Assembly (NCBI GenBank): GCA_002269645.1
Contig: NIVC01002741.1
Coordinates: 1-64,000, forward strand
Direction of reading: 5' to 3'
DNA from: Macrostomum lignano
Taxonomy: Eukaryota
Length of the DNA: 64,000 bases
Shown: one piece after another, positions 1 through 11,499 of the stretch
How the letters are laid out: each line of letters opens with the position of its first letter
Position numbering within the stretch: position 1 is the stretch's first letter
Translations under genes and position numbers: made by a program
Notes under the pieces: model-generated
Database searches by the model: none
The model's input: only the letters and a program-made list of their open reading frames with translations
What the model was told of the DNA's origin: nothing

Positions 1-170
1 TGAGATTAAGGTGAGATGAGGTGGGAATGTGGCGAAATTGGGGAAGTGAGATGAGTGAGAGTGAGATTGGTGAGAGTAGCAGTGGTGAGAGTGGCAGGGT
101 GAGAGTGAGATGGGTGAGAATGGCAGGGCTGAGAGTGAGATGGGTGAGAGTGATACAGATGCTGGTTTAG

Positions 171-3100
171 CAGGAGTAGCCATGAGTCATCAGCTGCTCC
201 AGCAACTACCTGCCGCCTGCTGGAGTGCCGGCTGGTGTCGGTCTACTCGGTAGCGGCAGCATCAACCTGCTGCACTACGGGCTGGGCTACGGATTCTACT
301 GCTGCGTTGTCTGGTCGCTGCTGCTCCGGCTGCCAGGCGAGTCAATTTGCCGATATGTTGCGTAGCCCGTGTGGCCATCCGATCAGGTTTTTCGCCCGGT
401 TTTGCTCTGGCTTGCTATGTTTTTTGCCCCATTTCCAGGCGAAGAACATAAACCAGGCGAATTTATCCGGTTTTTCTCTGCCTTTCTAAACCAGGCGAAA
501 TTCCGGAGGAAAAACCGTACGAGTGCTCTGGTTTTTACCCGGTCCTTCGCCAGGTTTGGAACCAGTTTAGTAACGCAGGCAAATCCGGAGTAAAAGCGGA
601 TGAAATAACAATTCCGCCTGGAATTTTGCCCGGTTCTTTCTCTGGTTCTTCGACCGGACAAGAGCCGGAGAAAAGAGCTGATGAAAGCCTTTAATTCAGG
701 ATTGGGTTGAAAATGGTGTGGGAGACACAGTGTATAATTGACAATTGACATGAAGATTTTCTTGTAATTGCATGTCCTGTAATGTGCTCCTGTTTTGTTC
801 TCTTGCAGTATTTTTTCCGCTCGTCTTTATATATACCATATGAGCGTCTTCGTATGTTACATTACGAGCGTAGTTCACGTAAACTGAGAATAAAAATATT
901 GTCATTTAATGCTGTCATCGCACACATTTCTGAAGGCTGCATGCTACTGTGGGATTCCAACATACTTTTGGCCAGTCAGAAGTGATTTTAAATTCCCGCA
1001 TTTATGCGCCTAGATGACTAGCGACTATGCGCCTACTGACTGTATTCTACAACATCTTTGGAATAAAAAAACAGAGGAGTATATTGATCTTGTAGGTGAT
1101 TTGGAACAGTTTGATGAATTGCAAGATGGAACGTTACATATTTTGTATTAACACTAACTGACAATTGTCTTACTTCTTCACTCTTCACGGTATCCGTTGA
1201 CAGAAGCGCACTGTAGATGTTTTACTAAGTCGGCACTACATATTTCCGAGAGTAGACACAATTTGATAGGGATGCAGGGTTTTTCGTCCGGTTTGATCGT
1301 CGTGTCGCTTTCGTTAGGTTTTAGTCTGATTTTGCTCCGGGTATTCGTCCGGTTGGGTCGTCGTGTCGCTTTCGTTAGGTTTTAGTCTGATTTTGCTCCG
1401 GATATTCGTCCGGTTGGGTCGTCGTGTCGCTTTCGTTAGGTTTTAGTCTGATTTTGCTCCGGATATTCGTCCGGTTGGGTCGTCGTGTCGCTTTCGTTAG
1501 GTTTTAGTCTGATTTTGCTCCGGATATTCGTCCGGTTGGGTCGTCGTGTCGCTTTCGTTAGGTTTTAGTCTGATTTTGCTCCGGATATTCGTCCGGTTGG
1601 GTCGTCGTGTCGCTTTCGTTAGGTTTTAGTCTGATTTTGCTCCGGATATTCGTCCGGTTGGGTCGTCGTGTCGCTTTCGTTAGGTTTTAGTCTGATTTTG
1701 CTCCGGATATTCGTCCGGTTGGGTCGTCGTGTCGCTTTCGTTAGGTTTTAGTCTGATTTTGCTCCGGATATTCGTCCGGTTGGGTCGTCGTGTCGCTTTC
1801 GTTAGGTTTTAGTCTGATTTTGCTCCGGGTATTCGTCCGGTTGGGTCGTCGTGTCGCTTTCGTTAGGTTTTAGTCTGATTTTGCTCCGGGTATTCGTCCG
1901 GTTTGATCGTCGTGTCGCTTTCGTTAGGTTTTAGTCTGATTTTGCTCCGGGTATTCGTCCGGTTTGATCGTCGTGTCGCTTTCGTTAGGTTTTAGTCTGA
2001 TTTTGCCCCGGTTATTTGCCGGGTTCTGCTATTGCACTTTCATCCGGTCATTTGTCGGGTTTTATTCAGGGTACTCATCAGTTTGAGTAGCCGAAGAGAA
2101 ACCCGAGAAAATACCTGATGTCCTCTACGAAATTCCTGACGAACAACCAGACGAAACTGCCGTCTTCGTCCGTTTTCGAGACCACTTTCCCGAGGATTTT
2201 CGGGTTTTTAGATAGGAAAAAATGTATTACAAACCGGGCAAAAATCCCGATCGCCTACCGGGCGAAAAACCTGATCAGATGGCCACACGGGATATCTTTA
2301 TAAGAATGAAAATTTCATCGAGTATTTGAATTGCCGATGGCAGAGTACAGGATCAGCTTGGCGCAAGCTATCGCTCACTCTGCCGTTCACGCACTGCTGG
2401 CCTGGGGTCAGTTTAAGGCAGCCCAGACTCTCGCCGCGTTGAGGAAGGACGGAAAAGGTGGGAGATTTCTGGTGCTTCTGCTTGACTGTGTGGCCTGTGC
2501 AGTGCGTTCTCTTCTGTCCGATCTCAATGCCGGAGCAGCTGTTCTCTAATTTCCCTAATCTGTTTTTCTTCCAAAATCCCCATTTCCCTAATCTGTTTTT
2601 TCTTCCCAAATCCCCATTTCCCCAACCTGTTTTTCTTTTCAAATCCCCATTTCCCTAATCTGTTTATCTTCCCAAATCCCCATTTCCCTAATCTGTTTAT
2701 ATTCCCAAATCCCCATTTCCCTAACCTGTTTTCTTTTCAAATCCCCATTTCCCTAATCTGTTTATCTTCTTAAATCCCCATTTCCCTAATCTGTTCAGTT
2801 TATCTTCTCAGATCCCCATTTCCCTAATCTGTTTATCTTCCCAAATCCCCATTTTCCTAAGCTGTTTATCTTTCCAAATCCCCATTTCCCTAATCTGTTT
2901 ATATTCATAAATTCCCATTTCCCTAAACTGTTTATCTTCCCAAATCCCCATTTCCCAAATCTTTTTATCTTCCCGAATCCCCATTTTCCTAATCTGTTTA
3001 TCTTCCCAAATCCCCATTTTCCTAATCTGTTTATCTTCCCGAATCCCCATTTCCCTAATCAGTTTATATTCCTAAATCCCCATTTCCCTAATCTGTTTAT

Positions 3101-3781
3101 ATTCCCAAAATTCCTATTTCCCTAATCTGTTTTTCTTCCCAAATCCCCATTTCCCTAATCTGTTTATCTTCTCAGATCCCCATTTCCCTAATCTGTTTAT
3201 CTTCCCAAATCCCCATTTCCCTAATCTGTTTATCTTCCCAAATCCCCATTTCCCTAATCTGTTTATATTCATAAATTCCCATTTCCCTAAACTGTTTATC
3301 TTCCCAAATCCCCATTTCCCTAATCTTTTTATCTTCCCGAATCCCCATTTTCCTAATCTGTTTATCTTCCCAAATCCCCATTTTCCTAATCTGTTTATCT
3401 TCCCGAATCCCCATTTCCCTAATCTGTTTATATTCCCAAATCCTCATTTCATTAAGCTTCTTGTCTTCTTAAAACTCGGTTTTAATGCTTGTAATTTTTT
3501 CCTCTAGGCGCGGTGATTCACCGCAAGCATCTGCTGCCGCAGGGTCACCTGTTCCGCTACCTGTCGTCGCCCCATTACAACCTGGAGATGCTTATCTACC
3601 TGAATTTGTTTTGCCTCGTCAGCGGCGGCGGCGGCGGGGTGGCGGGCTGCTGTTTCACCTGCTGCTGTTTGTCCTGGTGAACCAGTCGGCCAGCGCCCTG
3701 CTCTCGCACGCGTGGTACAGGCAACAGTTTGGCAGCAGCTTCCCTGCTGACAGACGGGCCCTTATACCGTTTGTGCTCTGA
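171..3781 (+). CDS. SRD5A3: Polyprenol reductase / 3-oxo-5-alpha-steroid 4-dehydrogenase (SRD5A3/DFG10-like), 3' three exons, with apparent frameshifts
   Basis: Exons ~171-336 (RLLECRLVSVYS/GSGSINLLHYGLGYGFYCCVVWSLLLRLP; 5' boundary uncertain), 2344-2457 (EYRISLAQAIAHSAVHALLAWGQFKAAQTLAALRKDGK) and 3508-3781 (GAVIHRKHLLPQGHLFRYLSSP/HYNLEMLIY.../VNQSASALLSHAWYRQQFGSSFPADRRALIPFVL*). These match the recalled SRD5A3 C-terminal steroid dehydrogenase domain. Both junctions are phase 1. Three single-base frame changes are needed (~250, ~3572, ~3638), so it is either a pseudogene or has assembly indels. Confidence 0.8.
366..2291. mobile_element. Non-autonomous TIR DNA transposon (CCC...GGG termini, EnSpm/CACTA-like) in an SRD5A3 intron
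   Basis: 35-bp TIRs at 366-400 (cccgtgtggccatccgatcaggtttttcgcccggt) and 2257-2291, 34/35 identical. Degenerate subterminal repeats and an internal 61-bp array. TSD unclear (flanks AG/AT, or TA if the termini extend by 1 nt). No transposase seen. Confidence 0.8.
1282..2010. repeat. 61-bp tandem repeat, ~12 copies, inside the TIR element
   Basis: Unit ggttttagtctgattttgctccggatattcgtccggttgggtcgtcgtgtcgctttcgtta; period 61 read directly (1320, 1381, 1442). Confidence 0.95.
2548..3447. repeat. 33-bp intronic minisatellite
   Basis: Unit aaatccccatttccctaatctgtttatcttccc; source of the spurious MGIWEDKQIRE ORFs. Confidence 0.95.
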
Positions 3782-5950
3782 GCTTTGGGCTGCAATGTTG
3801 TACATTAACGCTGCTGTGCGAATAATATGCCACTGTTACATTTATATGCTCCTGCTGAAAATATAAATGCGTCCTTTGTTTACTCTTTCTACATGCCTAC
3901 ATGAATGCGTAACATTACGCATGTGATTGTTTCATTACTGATGGCTACGTTAGAAAAGAAAAGAAAACATGTACCTAGGATATAAAATTAACATAGAATC
4001 ATACTTTTATAGATGAAAAACTTTATGAAGATCAATAGAGCGATAGGGAAGGCAACACATCAAAAATAAGCATAGGGTCTGTCTCCTATCAAAAACCAAA
4101 AATTTTCTGTTTAAAAAAGAAAACCTATCTCCATAATGTATTTTTAGGTAAAAACTGCCTCCTAAAATTTTCAAGAAACGTAATTTCCTGTCATTCTACT
4201 AGAGTAGTCCTTGGATGCTACATGTAAATATAAATGCATGCATGTTACTCGTACTTTATGCACGTGAATATCGTAAGTTTTGGCTGAACTGGACTATAGT
4301 AATTGAATCCCAGAAGAAAAAACTGGATTACTTTGATAATTAGAACTATAAAAATATTTATTTGCACATTAACAGTATGGGGCCTCTTCATAGTGCTTGT
4401 TCTGGTTCTAGAACCAGATCCAATTTGTGAAGTACAACTTTTTTCTCCTAAACTAGAAGGATATATACGTGCTGTAAAGTTGTAATTATTGAATGGGAAT
4501 AGCCAAGAAAGTAAATAATTGTGCAAAGTGAGCCTGATAACGCAGTCAAACATTTAACAAATTAAAACAGTTATACGGTTTTTTTCTACAAAGATCCGAT
4601 CCGAACTGACTCTGGTTCTTAAATTGATGTGAAAAGCGGTGGAAAAGCAGCTAATCCTTGAATGCTCAAACAAAATGCTGACTTCTGGAATTACGAGTAA
4701 TAAAATAGTTTTGTAATTGCAACACTAGCTACTCGCTAGAGAAGTATGGGACTCACCAGTCTAAAATAACATTACTCCTGCGGATAGGCCTAGAATTTGT
4801 TTCTTTTCACTTATGTTTCTTGGAATCTCAGCCTCCGTTTCGAATTCGGAAGTCTAAGTTGCGCGATGTACATAAATCATGATGTATACTAACTACTGAA
4901 TTTTTGATTTGCTTTGACTTGCTTTGATTTAGTAGCGATCTAGATAATTTAAATTACAAAGTTTAAGTTCCAGCAATGCAATGTCAATGAGCAATAGGCC
5001 TACAATTGAAAAGTTGCACAGTTACGTGCAATTTTAGAACTAGTAGTGTGCGCCACACAAAAATTACAATAGACTTAAAAAATACTTCAGAAAAATCCAG
5101 ATTTTTTATGCATAATTTGTCTGGCTCTCTGCAGTCGTGGAATCTGAAGTTTTATGAGAGGGGTGGCACACGCAGCACAATAAAATTATATAACTTGCCT
5201 ATTTTCTATGGAAGTACATTAGCAGGGGCGGCGGAGCCTAATATTTGAGGGGGGCACCAGGCACAGGGCAAGGGGGGCACAGGTACCTTTATAAGCTGCT
5301 AATTAGGACCTAAAATCTGAAAAAAACATAAAAAATTACCACGTGGACTCATTTTCTGGGGGGCACATGCCCCTGGTGCTGCAAGCTCCATTAGCTCCCA
5401 CTGCGGCACTGCCCATGTATGATGTACATTAGTATATTGTAATACTGGCAATCTGACATTAAATGGAATCTTATATCTGTAATGTGCAATTCTGATGGGT
5501 GTGCACTCTCTGCCCTCAGCTCATCCTAGATCTGCCCCTGTGTCTTTAGTCTTGAATCTTAGTCATCTTAGAAGATAATATCCAGCTAATATCAAACACC
5601 TTTGACTCAGTTTGAGTATAAATTAATTAATCTTTTTATTAGCACATAAAATGCATTTAAATACAAGACCTCTTTAATTAGTTTTTTAAAATATATTGTT
5701 TTATATTGTTTTCCATTCCAAATGCATTATATTTATAATATCTAACTAAAACTAGGCCTAAGTGGTTTGACTAGCCAGGTTTAATGTGTATCTCTTCCTA
5801 GAATCCTAGTTGGCTGCTAATTTATATATGGGACTTATGTATATTATTGCAAAATTTCCTATGCAACAAATAGGCCCCCTGCCCTAGGCTATTTTAATGT
5901 TGAAAAAATATTGTCATAGATCAATATCAAGACAATGATATGATATATTA

Positions 5951-7269
5951 CAAGGGGTGATCAAAAAGTTCTGCAACCTTTTGTTATAGCTTTTAGTTAT
6001 AGAATCAGCAAAAGCCGAAAACTTACACATATGCGGCTATATCTGTTTGCTATATTTATATGCATTTTTGGCTTCCAAATGTGCCCCAGTAAAATTTCAC
6101 AGCCATATATTTTCCATGTGTTTTCAGTAGCTGATGGAAACATCAAAAGACAGTGTTCGCTTCTATATCTTTATGTGCATGCAACTTGGTTGCAAAGTGA
6201 CTGATATTCACACCATGTTTTGTGAATGTTTTAGCTGACTTTGCTCCATCATTTGACACAGTTGCCCGCTGGCTGCGCCATTTCTTGGAAGGCTGGGACA
6301 GCTTCAACGATGAACCGAGGTCTGGCTGACCCCGGACATCCGTGACCGAAGATGTCGTGGCCCATGCCGATGCAATAATTCGTGAGGATTGGAGCATTAT
6401 GCTGAGGTTCCTTGCCTATGAGCTTGGTGTCAGCTATGGAAGTGCTCATAACATCATGCATGAGCAACTAGGCCGCACAAAGACTTGCGCTCGGTGGGTA
6501 CCCCATCTTCTCACTCCGGAGCAGCAAGCAGAGAGGGTGCGCATCTGTCGCTTGTGGCTGCAAATTTTTGAGCCCCACGGCCCACAACAACTGTTGGATG
6601 TCATCACAGGAGACAAATGTTGGATCTCCTTCTTTTACCATGAAGGATAAGCAGTCTGACATGGTCTGGCTGGCAGAAGATGAGCCAAGGCCTGAGGTGC
6701 TGAAGACTAGATTCTGCAGTTGGAAGTGGATGTTCACCATTTTTTCAACTCTCAGGGTGTTGTATCGGTAAACATCCTTCCAGCGGGTGCCACAGTGACT
6801 GCCAGGTACTACACAGACACTGTTCTGCCAGGCGTGCTGCAGGAGCGGCAGGAACGTGCGCAAACCAGGCATGGACCTCGACTCCTGCTGCACCATGACA
6901 ATGTGGCACCGCACAGGGCGGCATCAACCATGGCGTACCTGGAGCAGCAGGGGGTCCGGCTGCTGCCCCATCCACCCTACTCTCTAGACCTAGCACCTTC
7001 CGACTTTTGGCTGTTCCTGAGGATCAAATCCGTCGTTTCTGGGAGGCCGTTTTCACGCATGCAAGACTTTGCCCAAGCGGTACATTCAGCTCTACAGGGT
7101 ATACCAACTCTGGAGTACCATGACTGCTTTCAGACATGGTGCACACGCATGCGACGGTGCATAGATAGTGGTGGAAAGTACTTTAAGGGAATGTGACACT
7201 GATTAGACGCCTCGGCTGCTGTAGCACTGAGTTGTGAGGTCACTTGCAGAACTTTTTGATCACCCCTCG
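5951..7269 (+). mobile_element. Full-length mariner (Tc1/mariner, D,D34D) transposon, degenerate
   Basis: 26-bp TIRs at 5951-5976 (caaggggtgatcaaaaagttctgcaa) and 7244-7269, 1 mismatch. TA TSD at 5949-5950 and 7270-7271. Length 1319 bp. Confidence 0.95.
6134..7196 (+). pseudogene. Mariner transposase pseudogene
   Basis: WVPHLLTPEQ, ITGD, HDNVAPH and HPPYSLDLAPSDFWLF motifs; 34 residues between the second and third catalytic D. Several stops and frameshifts split it across ORFs 6342-6650, 6568-6771 and 6720-7196. Confidence 0.93.
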
Positions 7270-7449
7270 TATTAATAAAGGTAATGTAGGCCTATAGTAA
7301 GATAAAATTATTGGAGCTATTTTTAATTAATATATATTAATATATATTATTTCATTAGGGCCTAATTTTTAATCAATTTTATTTTATGAATATTGGATTA
7401 ATAATATAAAAGTATAATAGTATAATAAAATATAGATTATATAAGTTAT

Positions 7450-8690
7450 ATATATATAAGGACGCAAAGATATTATGGTGGGCGTCTTGCGCGCACGCGC
7501 TCGCAGAAGAGACGAGAAGGACAGTTTGTTGCAGATTGTGGGGTCAGGTTAATGGCTTGAAGGTCAGACTCAAGCGTGGCGGTCAGCGTGACAGTCTGGC
7601 CTTGGCCCCAGTGGTGTGATTCAGGCGCGAATTCGCGCCAGGCGCAAAAATGGCGCGAATGCGCGAATCCTGGGGGTCTGGCGCGAAATTTTGTGGAACC
7701 ATGGGCGCGAAAATTGCATTCTTATTTTCTGCTTTTTACACTTATTCTCTTGTCAGACAGTATGAAATACAAGAATGTCATAGCTTAGGAGATTAATCTA
7801 ACAAACTGAGTTCAATCTCAGGCGTCAGCAGCAGAAGAAGAAACAGAAGGAGGCAGAGAAGCTAGCTGAGCTCGTCTTAAAGCGCAAGGCTGCTGAGCTG
7901 CTGTCAACGTCATCAATCACCAGCACGAGCAGTCGTCTGCCTGCAGACATCGCCAACAAGAAGTTCAGGGGGGACACGGCTGTGACTTAAGAGATATGCT
8001 AATTGGTAACCAGACGCATCTTCAAAAGTGTCATCAATTGACTTATTTGGCTGTCAGTAGAATATTATTGGCATGGCGCGAAAATTTTCAGTCGGCGCGA
8101 AATTTGGCAAACTTTCCAATCACACCACTGCTTGGCCCCGTCGGAGACGCTCGGTTGGCTGATGCAGCAGGGTTAGCGCCAGCAGGTTTTGCTCTCCTCT
8201 GCCATAGCTGCGGAGGCAGTGGCTGACGAGCATTAGCCAGTGCCGCTGGAGAGTGGCACTGAGCTGAGGCACACGGGCTCTCGCCATCAGCTGGTCCGTC
8301 GGCAGCCGCTCTGGATAATGGATGCCAAGGGCGAACCGCAGCAGCAATCGGTAGGCAGCGTCCAGGGCTCGGGACCTCGAGTCGGTCATTGGCACTGCCT
8401 CCAGTCTGTACAGGAAGATTGGCTCTACGGCAGCGCGGAACAGGCGCATCTTCAGGTCGTCGTTGGCAGCTGAGCTGAAGACCTCCCTAAGGAGATGAGC
8501 CGCGCGCCAGGCCTGTGACCTCTGGTCGGCGATGATGGAGTCAGGGCTCATCACGAGGGAGCCCAGGTACCGGAAGTCTCTGCAGGCTGAAATGATTTGT
8601 CCATCTGGTAGGGTCAGGATTGGTGCTGCATTGGTGCCCACGTGCAGCACTTCCGTCTTGCGTGCGTTGATTTGCAGAAGCTTGCAGATT
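7450..8690 (-). mobile_element. 5'-truncated RTE-like LINE (RT C-terminal part), interrupted by a hAT MITE
   Basis: LQINARKTEVLHVG...DFRYLGS...IFLYRLEAVP...LVSHCLR. Removing the MITE and one TSD rejoins the frame (RRGQGQTVTLTATLESDLQAINL...RARRPP*, stop 7473-7475). (TA)n lies just downstream. Confidence 0.85.
7609..8130. mobile_element. hAT-type MITE (522 bp)
   Basis: 13-bp TIR cagtggtgtgatt / aatcacaccactg. Perfect 8-bp TSD cttggccc at 7601-7608 and 8131-8138. Subterminal ggcgcgaa repeats. Confidence 0.93.
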
Positions 8691-9717
8691 ACAGATTGTA
8701 ATATAAGTTACAATCCTATAAAGGTTATAATAGGAAAAGGAAAATTTACTTATTATACCATGTTTGGAAAAAATGAAATAAACAATTAATAGGCCTAAAT
8801 ATCTAGCATATCCTAGATTTTATACTATAGTCTAATTCTTTAAAGTTTTAATTAGTTTAGATTAGCTTAAGATTAGTGATTAGCTAATCTTGGGATCAAA
8901 AAAAGATTTTTAAGCTTCTGAATCAAAATTTTAAAGCTTAGTAAAAGCTATACCTAACCGAAGTATTTTTTTCTTAGAATTATGAAATACAAATATATCA
9001 GCTTTTAGCTTTTAATTAATCTACAATTTAAAATCTTATGATGAGTTTGTCAATTTCTATATTTCTATGGTCTTACAATTACAATTTTGGCAATAATATT
9101 TGTTTTGAAATAGCTTTTTTGTCCTAATAATTTATTAATTTATAGTCCAACCTATAAATACATAAAGAAATCAATGGTAGCAAGACAGTTTATAGAGTTT
9201 AGCAGAGTATCAAGCATTAATGAAGCATATAGAATATAGGAAATAAAATGATATATGAATTCAGTTTTTTGCATTTGTTATGGAAGAAACATAGTTTTGT
9301 CTTGGGATTTATGAGTTTGAATATGGATTTAAGAGCCCAGTCCAATGATCATAGGATTGCAATCCCTAATTGCAACCTCTTCATATAACTTTGTTTTTGA
9401 ATGAAAAATGCAGTGTATAAAAGGCTCTTATTGCTCTGAAAGCCTCTTCTGCTTATTTCCATTCTGTTGTCTTTTTGTGCTTTTAGGAGTGGCTTCATTT
9501 TTATAACTTATTTTGCTATTTGCTTCCTTATTATGTATAGCTTTTGGCCATAGAATTTTATTGTTACAAAATGGCTAAAATTATGTTCCATAGTAAATCA
9601 TTCAAGCAAATAGTTCTTTATTGGAAAGCAAACTAACCGCCTGATTGTGGCGCAAGAGGCCCTTGGTAACTGATTAGAATAGTTTGGGATCGGGCAAGAT
9701 TCTTCCCAAATCCCCAG

Positions 9718-11448
9718 TCTGCCGAACTCGATCCACTCCAGGCCAGCCGCCACCGCGAACTCGACGACACGGACCGGCGGCCGAGGCGACGCGGCGACTC
9801 CGACAGCCACCACCACCGCCGCCACCAGCATCGGCCTGACGATGCTGTCGACCAACGCGACGCTGATCGGGTTCAGCGGGACCATCGGGACCGGGATGCC
9901 CGACGCCGCGAGCACCATCGGCACAGTCAGCAGCACGACGAAGACCAGCCGCGACGAAGGGAGCGATCGCGCTCTCGGTCTGCTGACCGCTTTGACACCC
10001 GTCGGGAGCGCGGGGGCGGCGGTGGCGGTGGCAGAGGCCGCGGCCGTCGCGAGCATCGCCAGCAGCAGCAGCGGTTCGAGTGGGGCCGCCCGGACCAGCA
10101 GCGAGTGAAATCTGAAACCGGCGAAGAGCCCGACGAGAAAAAGCCGCCGCCGCCACCCAAGCAGATGGCCAACATGGGGCTCTCCGGCAAGCTGGCCGAG
10201 GACACCAACATGTACAAGGGTGTGCTCATCAAGTACAGCGAGCCCGCCAACGCCCGCATGCCCAAGAAGCGCTGGCGACTCTATCCGTTCAAGGTGAGGG
10301 CTTCTGGGGTGCACTGGGGTGCACTGGGACTCCCACATCCCCAGTTGCTGGCCCCAGCCTCCCAGATCCTCAGTTGCTGGGCCCAGCCTCCCAGATCCTC
10401 AGTTGCTGGGCCCAGCCTCCCAGATCCTCAGTTGCTGGGCCAGCCTCCCAGATCCCCAGTTGCTGAACCAGCCTCCCATATCCTCAGTTGCTGGGCCAGC
10501 CTTCCAGTTCCTCAGTTGCTGAACCAGCCTCCCAGATCCTCAGGTGCTGGGCCAGCCTCCCAGAGTGTCAGTTGCTGGGCCAGCCTCCCAGTTCCTCAGT
10601 TGCTGAACCAGCCTCCCAGATCCTCAGGTGCTGGGCCAGCCTCCCAGAGTGTCAGTTGCTGGGCCAGCCTCCCAGTTCCTCAGTTGCTGAACCAGCCTTC
10701 CAGATCCTCAGGTGCTGGGCCAGCCTCCCAGAGTGTCAGTTGCTGGGCCAGCCTTCCAGAGTGTCAGTTGCTGGGCCAGCCTTCCAGAGTGTCAGTTGCT
10801 GGGCCAGCCTCCCAGATCCTCAGTTGCTGGGCCTGCCTCCCAGATCCCCAGTTGCTGGGCCAGCCTCCCTGATCCTCAGGCCAGAAAATTAAAACCTTTC
10901 AGATCATCAATAGAGATAATATAAGCCACCATATTCCTAAACCAAAACCCGGATCATCCCAGATCCTCACTAAATTTCCCTTTCCCCACCCACCTCAGGG
11001 CGAGGAGGCCATGAAGCCGCTGTACGTGCACCGGCAGAGCGGCTACCTGATCGGCAGGGACCGCAAGGTGGCCGACATCCCGCTGGACCACCCGTCCATC
11101 TCCAAGCAGCACGCGGCCCTGCAGTACCGGCTGGTGGAGTTGGAGCAGCCGGACGGCAGCAAGTCGCGGCTGGTGAAGCCGTACATCATCGACCTGGAGT
11201 CCGCCAACGGCACCTACCTCAACGGCGAGCGCGTCGAAGCTCGGCGTTATATTGAATTAAAAGAACGCGACGTACTTAAATTCGGCTACAGTTCGCGCGA
11301 ATATGTTGTACTGAGCGAGAACGCCGGAGAAGGCGAGGACAGAGCTGCCGCCGCAGGCGGTGACGACCGAGTGCCACCCAGCGACAGCGACGACTCCGAC
11401 ATTGAACCCATGGCTGCGGCAGCGGCTTCCCGGCACAGGCAAAGATGA
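9718..11448 (+). CDS. SNIP1: Smad nuclear-interacting protein 1 (FHA-domain RES splicing factor, Pml1 homolog); 5' end not located
   Basis: Exon 9718-10293 (R/H/D-rich, then ANMGLSGKLAEDTNMYKGVLIKYSEPANARMPKKRWRLYPFK), donor GTGAGG, phase 0. Exon 10999-11448 (GEEAMKPLYVHRQSGYLIGRDRKVADIPLDHPSISKQHAALQYR...PYIIDLESANGTYLNGER...DVLKFGYSSREYV), an FHA domain typical of SNIP1. Confidence 0.95.
10340..10880. repeat. 28-bp minisatellite in the SNIP1 intron
   Basis: Unit tgctgggccagcctcccagatcctcagt and variants. Confidence 0.92.
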
Positions 11449-11499
11449 TTGGGATCTCAATTTGTCAGGACTTCAATGTATAAAAAATGCCCTAGTGTT

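Noticed and set aside
4245-4553. Short ORFs in AT-rich intergenic DNA (also 5006-5248, 14412-14594)
   Set aside because: No recognisable motif, splice context or coding-like composition.
5223-5540. Possible hAT MITE (caggggcgg...ctgcccctg)
   Set aside because: Only a short imperfect inverted repeat, and no matching TSD directly flanks either candidate end.
9598-10338. Minus-strand ORFs of 246, 160 and 112 aa
   Set aside because: Antisense shadows of the GC-rich SNIP1 exon.
10294-10872. Read-through of ORF 10105-10872 beyond YPFK
   Set aside because: A GTGAGG donor at 10294 and homology resuming at 10999 show this is intron repeat.
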